From Dickeya solani IPO 2222 (GTDB taxonomy: Bacteria; Pseudomonadota; Gammaproteobacteria; Enterobacterales; Enterobacteriaceae): DNA of 32,000 bases. Location: positions 1,560,001 through 1,592,000 of the forward strand of contig NZ_CP015137.1 in NCBI RefSeq assembly GCF_001644705.1. The letters run 5' to 3'. The notes beneath the pieces were generated by a model that made no database searches, had not been told where the DNA came from, and saw only the letters and a program-made list of their open reading frames with translations. Both the position numbers and the translations under genes were made by a program. Below are positions 1 through 8,200 of this stretch, piece after piece (the stretch's first letter is position 1; every line of letters starts with the position of its first letter).

Positions 1-230
1 GAAATCGAGAAAAATAGCGGGTCAAAGCTATCGATATCACTTAATGCCCCCAGCCACTTACAATATATCTTGCCGTCTTTGCTACGGTCAGTATCGAAAT
101 AGTGGTCGACGTCCCAACGCGCCTTAGGGACTTCACGAACGGCGTTGCGTCCATCCGCTAAGTTGTCCCAGTATTGATCCAGGTTTTCCGCATCGGGATA
201 GCGGCCCGACATGCCGATGATGGCAATTTT
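1..230 (-). other. PKS domain: N-terminal part of a further KS (continues off-window)
   Basis: Translation QVEKIAIIGMSGRYPDAENLDQYWDNLADGRNAVREVPKARWDVDHYFD..., a typical KS N-terminus, in frame with the 3920 start. Confidence 0.8.
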
Positions 231-3200
231 CTCGACCTGCCGGTTAATAACCCTGGCATCGTCTGGCATCGCCGCAGATACCGGGGCGGCCAACTTTTGT
301 GTATCCCGGGATAAATCCTCATGCTCCGGAACACAAGTTGAAGTGGCCGCGACCGGCTTTGGGGACAGCGTTACTCCATCAGGCTGGGTCGCAATATATT
401 CAGCCAAAACATGAACATTCGGATAATCGTACAAACGGGTGGCAGAAAGATGAGTTCCCAGCTGCTTGTTAATCTCATTGATCCATTCAGCGCCGATAAT
501 TGAATCCAGCCCCAACTCCGAGAATGTTCGATTGTGCAGGATTGCTTCTGGCGCAATGTAAAGCGCATCGGCCAGGCTGGTTTTCAGTAGCTGAGTTATC
601 TCTGTTACCAGCTCATTCTGAGCTGCTGATATAGGGGCAGCTTGTGGAGAATGGGTAGTTTTTGACGAATGGTTCGCTTGTGACGCATGGATTGCCTGTG
701 GCGTATGGTTCGCCTGTGGCGCATAGAAAGTTGCGCTGCTCTGTTCAGCGGCTATCTTCTTATCTTCATGCTGGAACGCAGCCCCGGTATTGTATGTTTC
801 CGGCAAGTGTTCATCCGCTGCTTCACTCTGCCCCCCATTGAGTACAACAAACTGTGCCAGCTGGCGAACACTGGAGTAATCATATAAACGAGTGGCAGAC
901 AACGAGCTTCCCAGTTGTCGATTGATTTCATGAACCCATTCAGCTCCGACAATCGAGTCCAGCCCCATCTCGGCGAAGGAGCGATCAACATGAATATCCG
1001 ACTCTGGAGAGCACAGCGCCTGGGCCAAACTCACCCGTAATTTTTCGATAACACTCGCCAGAGAAACGCCGCCATTCCTTTGTTCTGGGTGAAGGGCGCC
1101 ATTACCGTTTGTTGCTTTGACTCCGTTTATTCCCCTGGCGCTACGTGTAATCTGGGTATCCACCGCACCGCCATTTATGTCATGGCTTCGGTGAATATCA
1201 GCCTTCTTGCCGTTCCACCGTTCCGCTGCTGATACCGGCGTCTCGCTCGGCCCAGCTGACGGGCTAGCCTCTCTCTTCAGCTCCAGCGGCTGCAAAGTCA
1301 CTTTTCCAGAATCATTAACTTTTACAGAACGATCAGCTTTTACAGAATCGGGCGTTGGCTGTTCAACAGCCATTTCCAGTTCTGGTTTATGCCGGGTCTC
1401 TTTGATCCAGTAACGCTTACGGTCAAACGGATAGGTTGGCAGCGCCAAACGTGAGTAACGCTGACCTGCGTATAATTGCAGCCAGTCAACCGATCTCGTC
1501 TCAACCCATACCTGGGCAATTTTTGTCCACTGCCGGGTCTGCCACCAGCGCTCAATATCCAGAATATCAATGCCTGGTAAACGGCCAGATTCATCACAAT
1601 TGACAAAAATAGTCCCCTCACTGGCTGCAGCCTGCGGATCCCTGGAAATTACGGCCAGTTGACGCAAAAGCGATGCAACATCTTCGGCAACGAACGCGAC
1701 TCTGGCATCCATCGCATCCCGTCCGGTTTGCAGCGTGTAGGCAAATTGTCTGAAGTGGCTTTCTACATGAGCTGAATTTTCAGTGACATAGTGCATCAGA
1801 TGTTGCGCATAGACCCGCAACCTTTCGCTGTTTTTTGCCGATAGAACGATAATCTCCGGCTCATGCTCACGCGACGGAACCTTGTCAGGTTCCTGACGGT
1901 ATTCTTCAATGACCAGATGAACATTCGATCCGCCAGCGCCGAAAGAACTCACGCCGGCGCGTAAAGGCTGCTCAGCATATCCGATTGTCGGACGTTGCCA
2001 TGTCTGCCCCTCCTGGAGTACATAAAACGGGCTATCCTCCAGTTCAAGTAATGGGTTCAGCTTCTGGCAGTGTAGCGACTTGGGCAAATATTCATCCCGC
2101 ATCGCCAGCAGAACCTTTATGACACCGGCAACTCCGGCGGCACTTTCCGCATGCCCGATGTTCGATTTAACCGAACCTAAAGCACAATGTTTGACCACGG
2201 CTTTCCCTGAGTTAGCCGCTGGATTAAGTCCATGCTCCTGATAAAGATCGTTAAACGCCATTTTCAGGCCATTGACTTCAATAGGATCGCCTAGCGGCGT
2301 CCCGGTTCCATGGCACTCAATATAGGTAATGCTACGGGGGTCAACCCCGGACTTCATATGCGCATCGCGGACAAGCTGAGCCTGAGCATTCGGATTGGGA
2401 GCCATCAGAGACGTTGCCGCCCCACCATGATTCTCCGCCGAGCCGATAATCACACCGAGAATATTGTCTCTATCAGCCTGTGCATCTTTCAGTTTTTTCA
2501 GCAGCACGACGCCAACCCCTTCCCCACGGGCGTAACCATTGGCATCTTCAGAGAAAGTCTTACACCGTCCATCCTCGCAAATCATCTCTGCCTTACTGTA
2601 CAGAATATGCATTTTCGGACTCAGGATCAGATTGGCGCCACCGGCAATCGCCATTTCACAATCACCGTGCTGAATGCTCATCACCGCACGATGAATCGCC
2701 ACTAAAGAGCTTGAACACGCGGTATCGATAATTTCACTGGGGCCATGCACATCCAGCAGATAAGAGACGCGGTTCGGACAAAACATATGAGGAATCGCCG
2801 TTAGCTCCACAATATCGCGGGGCTGAGCGTTCAGTACGGTTTCTGCATAATCCTGTAAATTGATGCCGGCAAAGACTCCGACCTTTTTTCCAGCTAATGA
2901 TGAGGGGGCATAGCCGGATGACTCGATGAGTCGCCAGGTCGACTCCAGAAACAGTCGGTGCTGGGGATCCATGGTCTGCGCTTCACGGGGAGAAATGCCA
3001 AAAAATGCAGGATCGAACTTATCCACATCCTCAATAAAACCGGCATATTTAACATTGGTAAATTCACCGTCTTTAGGATTACCGTAAATGGCCTGCCAAT
3101 CCCAGCGTTCTCGGGGAATTTCGCTGATACAGTCCTGGCCCTGATAAAGATGACGTTGCAACTCTTCAACCGAAGAAGACTGGGCAAACATCCCATCCAT

Positions 3201-3920
3201 CCCGATAATGGCAACAGGTTCATAATTTCCGCCGAACTGATTTGCCTCGGTTTTGTTTGTCTGCTGGTGTTTATCGCTCGTCGAATGGAACCGATCGCGC
3301 TTTTGATTAAGTCGGTAGCTTCTCGCCATCAGCTCCCGAATCTGTCTGGCTGATGTTGTACCCGACGATGATGTTGTACCCGAAGACGATGTTGTACCCG
3401 AAGACGATGTTGTACCCGAAGACGGCGCTGGCGATCCGACAACGGCCGTCTGCCGAACGTCTTTTCGGGGTACATACCTGGCAGGCTCTCGGCCATCGTT
3501 GACGGGCTGACCATCATAGCGTTGCGCGACTTCCGGACCGAAGCGCTTGATGATGATATCTGTCAGTTCATCAATGTTTCTGGCTTCAAAGAAAATAGCG
3601 GCAGAAAGAGACACCCCCAGCGAGTCGGCAATACGTCCCATGATTTCTGTGATTACAATCGAATCAACACCATAGGTTGATATTTTTTCTTCTCTGTCAA
3701 TTTTTGCCGCCGGCAACTTTAATATCGCAGAAAAAATACCCAGTATGTCTTGCAGCAGTATCTCGCGGTAATCTCCACCGTTAACCTCAGAAAGCGGACT
3801 GTCCAGGGCAGTATCGGAAACCGTTTGCGAATGTTCCACGGCAGACTGCATCAGCTCAGCCTCCAGAATTTTCCGGGCTGACTCGTGTAAGTCTCGGGTT
3901 CTGTTCTCTTTGCCTGTCAT
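1..3920 (-). CDS. trans-AT type I polyketide synthase, N-terminal ~1306 codons (3' end off-window): ACP-KS-ACP-ACP-KS(partial)
   Basis: Minus-strand frame from ATG 3918-3920 (6 nt after the FMO stop) stays open to nt 1. It is absent from the ORF track because its stop lies off-window. Own translation: MTGKENRTRDLHESARKILEAEL... Motifs in order: YGVDSIVITE (ACP, Ser codon 3660-3662); (SSGTTS)x4 linker; IDTACSSSLVAIH (Cys codon 2715-2717), ECHGTGTPLGDP and SNIGHAESAAG (KS); GLDSIVGAEW (Ser 954-956) and GLDSIIGAEW (Ser 501-503) (ACPs); IAIIGMSGRYPDAENLDQYW (next KS). Confidence 0.9.
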   Translation of the reverse strand, partial: MTGKENRTRDLHESARKILEAELMQSAVEHSQTVSDTALDSPLSEVNGGDYREILLQDILGIFSAILKLPAAKIDREEKISTYGVDSIVITEIMGRIADSLGVSLSAAIFFEARNIDELTDIIIKRFGPEVAQRYDGQPVNDGREPARYVPRKDVRQTAVVGSPAPSSGTTSSSGTTSSSGTTSSSGTTSARQIRELMARSYRLNQKRDRFHSTSDKHQQTNKTEANQFGGNYEPVAIIGMDGMFAQSSSVEELQRHLYQGQDCISEIPRERWDWQAIYGNPKDGEFTNVKYAGFIEDVDKFDPAFFGISPREAQTMDPQHRLFLESTWRLIESSGYAPSSLAGKKVGVFAGINLQDYAETVLNAQPRDIVELTAIPHMFCPNRVSYLLDVHGPSEIIDTACSSSLVAIHRAVMSIQHGDCEMAIAGGANLILSPKMHILYSKAEMICEDGRCKTFSEDANGYARGEGVGVVLLKKLKDAQADRDNILGVIIGSAENHGGAATSLMAPNPNAQAQLVRDAHMKSGVDPRSITYIECHGTGTPLGDPIEVNGLKMAFNDLYQEHGLNPAANSGKAVVKHCALGSVKSNIGHAESAAGVAGVIKVLLAMRDEYLPKSLHCQKLNPLLELEDSPFYVLQEGQTWQRPTIGYAEQPLRAGVSSFGAGGSNVHLVIEEYRQEPDKVPSREHEPEIIVLSAKNSERLRVYAQHLMHYVTENSAHVESHFRQFAYTLQTGRDAMDARVAFVAEDVASLLRQLAVISRDPQAAASEGTIFVNCDESGRLPGIDILDIERWWQTRQWTKIAQVWVETRSVDWLQLYAGQRYSRLALPTYPFDRKRYWIKETRHKPELEMAVEQPTPDSVKADRSVKVNDSGKVTLQPLELKREASPSAGPSETPVSAAERWNGKKADIHRSHDINGGAVDTQITRSARGINGVKATNGNGALHPEQRNGGVSLASVIEKLRVSLAQALCSPESDIHVDRSFAEMGLDSIVGAEWVHEINRQLGSSLSATRLYDYSSVRQLAQFVVLNGGQSEAADEHLPETYNTGAAFQHEDKKIAAEQSSATFYAPQANHTPQAIHASQANHSSKTTHSPQAAPISAAQNELVTEITQLLKTSLADALYIAPEAILHNRTFSELGLDSIIGAEWINEINKQLGTHLSATRLYDYPNVHVLAEYIATQPDGVTLSPKPVAATSTCVPEHEDLSRDTQKLAAPVSAAMPDDARVINRQVEKIAIIGMSGRYPDAENLDQYWDNLADGRNAVREVPKARWDVDHYFDTDRSKDGKIYCKWLGALSDIDSFDPLFFSI
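390..615 (-). other. PKS domain: ACP (second of a tandem pair), Trp at +6 from the phosphopantetheine Ser
   Basis: ELVTEITQLLKTSLADAL...FSELGLDSIIGAEWINEINKQLG...LYDYPNVHVLAEYIA; Ser codon 501-503. Confidence 0.85.
669..722. repeat. 3 x 18-bp imperfect in-frame tandem repeat in the inter-ACP linker
   Basis: atggttcgcttgtgacgc / atggattgcctgtggcgt / atggttcgcctgtggcgc; minus-strand translation APQANH-TPQAIH-ASQANH. Confidence 0.85.
845..1070 (-). other. PKS domain: ACP (first of a tandem pair), Trp at +6 from Ser
   Basis: VSLASVIEKLRVSLAQAL...FAEMGLDSIVGAEWVHEINRQLG...LYDYSSVRQLAQFVV; Ser codon 954-956. Confidence 0.85.
1900..3221 (-). other. PKS domain: KS (canonical Cys-His-His)
   Basis: EPVAIIGMDG...DTACSSSL (Cys 2715-2717)...GSAENHGG...ECHGTGTPLGDP...SNIGHAESAAG...SSFGAGGSNVHLVIEEY. 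Confidence 0.9.
3352..3423. repeat. 4 x 18-bp near-perfect in-frame tandem repeat encoding (SSGTTS)4 in the ACP-KS linker
   Basis: gatgttgtacccgaagac repeated at 3370, 3388 and 3406 (identical), with a variant copy at 3352. In the PKS frame it reads SSGTTS x4. Confidence 0.95.
3546..3758 (-). other. PKS domain: N-terminal ACP of the downstream PKS (no Trp flag)
   Basis: LQDILGIFSAILKLPAAKIDREEKISTYGVDSIVITEIMGRIADSLGVSLSAAIFFEARNIDELTDIII; Ser codon 3660-3662. Confidence 0.85.
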
Positions 3921-3926
3921 CGTTGT

Positions 3927-5231
3927 CTACCTTCCATTGAGTACTTCACGGTACTGCGCCAATAACTTGAGGAACTTCCACAGATCAACTTCCCACTGAT
4001 GCCGGAAAGATCCGATGTAGTAGTTCTGCCCCAAGTCAGGATCCTGTTCTTTTTTCATCCGGCTAAAATCGTGCAACCCTTTGGCTTGTAAGAAGTAAGC
4101 CTTGAGATAGTCCACAACAAACAGACCATGAGAGCGGGCGGAAACACCGAGTCCGGTGGCAGAGTTGATGTAGCCGACAAATAAGAGGTTATCGAAGTTT
4201 TTGGGGACAATATGTAAGAAGCAATCGGGAATACCCTGCTTCATTTCCAGATATTTATTATCCAGAAACGGAAAATGGCGGTTATATCCTGTCGCATAAA
4301 TAATGGTATCGACTTCAATTTGTGAACCGTCTTCAAAGGTCACCGTCTGCCCTGAAAAAGCGCGCACATCTCCCTTAGGTTGAATATCGCCGTGACCAAT
4401 AAAATACAAAAGTTGCGAGTTCATGATTGGATGAGAAGCATCCAACGGATAATCCGGCTTTTTCAAGCCGTAATCCGTACCGTCATAACCGGCAAGCTTA
4501 AAAACCTGCTGTATATAAGCCAGCGTTTCTTCGCGGGTTTTAAATTTATTGCCCAGCCCTTCCATCCATCTCGGCGTCGGCATGCCATTGATAAATTTAG
4601 GCTGATAGTAATAACCACGGCGTGTACTGTGGTAAACAGCCGAACAATGATGAACCGCATCAACCGCAATATCGCAGCCGGAATTGCCGGCGCCGATAAT
4701 CAAGACCCGCTTCCCCTTGATGCGCTCCGGTGTCCGGTAATCGATAGAATGCATGATGTCACCGGCGAAGTGGCCGGGATAGGCAGGCTCAGGATAACGG
4801 CCTTCCCGCTGCATACCGTTGCTGACCAGCACAAAAGAATAGAACTTTCGCTCCCCTGTCGATAATTCAACCTGCCAGCCATCTGCCTGCGGTTCGATAC
4901 GGGTAACCGCAACATTGAAACGGGCCTTTTCATACACCCCAAACGTTTTCGCATAATCACAGACATACTGATGCATCAGTTTATGGCTGGGATAATGAGG
5001 GTAGTCTTCCGGCATGGGAAAATCTGGATACTGGGTATTAACCTTCGGCGAGATCAGATGTAGTGACGGATAGGTACGGCCACAGCGGCTGTCAGCATTC
5101 CATACTCCGCCAAAGTCAGACTCAGCTTCATACAGATCGTAATCGATACCGGCCTGGTTCAGTTCCTTACCGAGGCTGACACCGTAAGGGCCACCACCGA
5201 TAATGCATACTCGTTTTCCTTGTACATCCAT
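3927..5231 (-). CDS. FAD/NADPH-dependent class B flavoprotein monooxygenase (FMO-type; candidate Baeyer-Villiger oxygenase acting on ACP-bound intermediates, OocK-like)
   Basis: 434-aa ORF. GGGPYG (FAD Rossmann fold), FAGDIMHSIDY (FxGxxxHxxxY FMO signature), IIGAGNSGCDIAVD (NADPH fold), ATGY near the C-terminus. Sandwiched between two PKS genes with 63-nt and 6-nt gaps. Confidence 0.9.
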   Translation of the reverse strand: MDVQGKRVCIIGGGPYGVSLGKELNQAGIDYDLYEAESDFGGVWNADSRCGRTYPSLHLISPKVNTQYPDFPMPEDYPHYPSHKLMHQYVCDYAKTFGVYEKARFNVAVTRIEPQADGWQVELSTGERKFYSFVLVSNGMQREGRYPEPAYPGHFAGDIMHSIDYRTPERIKGKRVLIIGAGNSGCDIAVDAVHHCSAVYHSTRRGYYYQPKFINGMPTPRWMEGLGNKFKTREETLAYIQQVFKLAGYDGTDYGLKKPDYPLDASHPIMNSQLLYFIGHGDIQPKGDVRAFSGQTVTFEDGSQIEVDTIIYATGYNRHFPFLDNKYLEMKQGIPDCFLHIVPKNFDNLLFVGYINSATGLGVSARSHGLFVVDYLKAYFLQAKGLHDFSRMKKEQDPDLGQNYYIGSFRHQWEVDLWKFLKLLAQYREVLNGR

Positions 5232-5294
5232 GAATGAAATCCTTTTAACGTACTGGCTATCCGTACTGTTCGTTCGTCAGTAAGACCTTTTCGA

Positions 5295-8200
5295 TCACGC
5301 CTCAGACGGCTCAAGTGTGAGCAATGCGTCTTCTTTCGCCATTTTTAAGTTCCTGAGCCACAGACACAGCACACCCGACTCGTCGTACAACCTCAGGTCG
5401 TACCCCGGAAGATCGCCGGTGATAATCAAAGGTTCGTGCCCTACAGGCGTAGGAGAGATATAAACCATCACTCGTTCTGTTATCGGCTTAAAGGCGATGA
5501 TCGAATCCAGAGAGAACGGATACCACTGGTTGCGCCCTGTCGCCTGGGGATGACAATACTGGTTTAGTGCGCAAAGTAACTGCCAGCAGGTAGTCAGCAG
5601 GACCGGCCGGAAAGTCGGCACATTCAACTGACGGGGCAGTTCGGCAAGGGAATTGAATGTCACCAGCAACTGCTTACCATCAAAATCGACTTTTTCGATC
5701 AAAGCCTGATTCTTCAGACCGTCTTCATCGAATATCCGTCTGATTTGATGGGTTGTCTGATGGTTATGAGAGGCTTCCAGCTGCTTTTCCAGTTCCCGGA
5801 TATCCAGCGTGTCGCCCCCGCCGCCAGCAGTAGTGTTCAGGACAATTTGCCCAAAATTATGAGTCACGGATTCACCCGCTTTCTCAGTCACGCACTGGAA
5901 ATAGAGGCCATCATCTTCCCGGGAGATATAAGTCTGAATATGACCATTGAGGGCATCCTGCATACGGGCAGGCTGCCCCCACAGGATATAATTCAGTTCG
6001 GCAGTATGTTGCGGGGGCGCCATGTTTTCCCGGGTTGCCTGTTCCCAGGCACATCGTGCCGACTCCAGCAACAAGAGTCCAGGGAGTTGCCCCTGGGCGG
6101 CAATCACACCTGCCGCCATCATGTTCCCATAAGCGGAAAAATCGCCCGGAACATTAACTAACGCCTGAGCCGGCAACGTCTGTTGAAGCCCTCTGACGGT
6201 TTCTTCGGCCACCACGCTATTGCCGTGCGAAAACGCGGGGTGATCGGCAATGGAAACGGAAGACGCTGGACCAGAAGCGTCCGTCGTATCCGAAGAGAAA
6301 GCCGTCTCATCCGAAGCTATCGGGGAATGATCCGTATGCATGGTCGTCAGGTCGACCCAATAACGTTCGCGGGCAAAAGGGTACGTCGGCAGAGAAACCC
6401 GCTTGGGTCTGAGTGATGGCGCCACACTGGAATAGAGGATCTCCCAGTCGATATTCATGCCTTTCACCCATATATCCAGAAGCTTGGTAAATTTACCTTT
6501 ACTGGCCCATGCCTGAATCAGGTCATGCATATCTTCATCGACATCGAATACGGACAACGCATCACGATGCAATTTACTCTTTCCCTGATAGAGTAAATCG
6601 ACGGTCTGCTGCTCACCGGCAAGAACAGCTGAAAGCTTACGTTGCAATTCATCAAGAGTGTGGGCAACCAATCCCAAACGCTCATTCATCGCTTCACGTC
6701 CGGTTTGCAGGGTATAAGCCAGTGAGTGAAGGTATGCTTGCGCATGCCCTGCACTCTCTCCTTTCGCCTCTATCCGATTCGCATATTCGTTCACATGAGC
6801 CAGCAGATTGGCGGTCATCTGTTTGAGCTGTACATCATTTTTCGCCGACAACGGAATCAGTGCCGGATCGCGGGATAAATATTCTTCCGCAGAGATTTTC
6901 CTGGCCGATGGTTCCATCGCAGATAGCCCCTCAGTCGGGAATTGCTCAATGACTAAGTGGGCATTGGTTCCACTGAATCCGAAAGAACTCACGGCAGCCT
7001 GACGTCGCTGACCGGATTCCACTATCCAGTCTCTGAGTTCCCGGTTGACATAAAAAGGTGTGCCGTCCAACGTAATGTGCTCATTAAGTTCCTGATGATG
7101 CAGCGTTGGAGGAATCTGTTGGTTCTTCATTGCCAGCAACACTTTGAGCACCGAAGCGACCCCGGCGGCCCTCAGCGTGTGGCCGATGTTGCTCTTCACC
7201 GACCCCAGTGCGCAGTAGTTCTCTTTTTGGGTAAAGAGAGAGAAGGTCTGTTTTAGACCCACGACTTCCACAGGATCCCCCAGTTTGGTTCCTGTTCCGT
7301 GCGTCTCTACATACTGTATTTGCTCAGGATCGATACCAAAGCCGGTGTATACCGCCTGCTCCAGGCGAGACTGAGCATTGCCGTTCGGGGCCGTAATCCC
7401 ATTACTTTTACCATCCTGATTCACCCCCCAGCCTTTGATCACGCCGTGAATAACATCCTGATCTTCAATCGCATCTTCCAGGCGTTTTAACAGCACCACA
7501 CCAACGCCTTCTCCGGGGACAAAACCATTGGCTCGCTGATCAAAAGTAAAGCAGCGGCCATCTTCCGACAGCATTCCGGCCTTGCTGGTCATAATGTGCA
7601 TGCTTGGGCCAGCCAACACGGAGACCCCACCGGCCAGGGCCAGATCGCTATTTCCCAGCACCAGGCTGTCACAGGCAGATGCAATCGCCACCAGAGATGA
7701 CGAACAAGCCGTATCAATAGCCAGGCTCGGCCCCTGTAAATCCAGATGGTAGGCAATTCTTGCCGCTAAAATGGAAATCGCATTTCCCATAAAGGCTTGT
7801 GCATTGAGTTCCATTCCAAAGCGCGCGTCGTAGTCACCCTCCCCGCAACCGACGAAAACGCCGCACCGACTACCAGATAAATCAGCAGGGTTGTACCCAG
7901 CATCTTCAATACACCCCCAGCACGCCTCAAGAAATACCCGCTGCTGCGGATCCATCATCTCGGCTTCCCGGGGAGAAATATTAAAAAACAGCGGATCAAA
8001 CTTATCTGCATCTTCCAACACGCCCATCCATTTGGAATAGGTTTTGCCGGGTGTGTGACGATTACGATCGAAAAAGTCTTCAATCGCCCAGCGTTCCGCC
8101 GGAACTTCTGAAATACAATCGTCCCCTTTGCTCAAATTCTCCCAGAACTGTTGCAGATTCTTAGCCTTCGGGAACTGACCAGACATACCTACGATAGCAA

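Noticed and set aside
3329-3517. 62-aa ORF with (RLRVQH)n repeats
   Set aside because: It is an alternative-frame reading of the 18-bp tandem repeat inside the downstream PKS gene. The PKS frame (SSGTTS)4 is continuous with the ACP and KS domains on either side.
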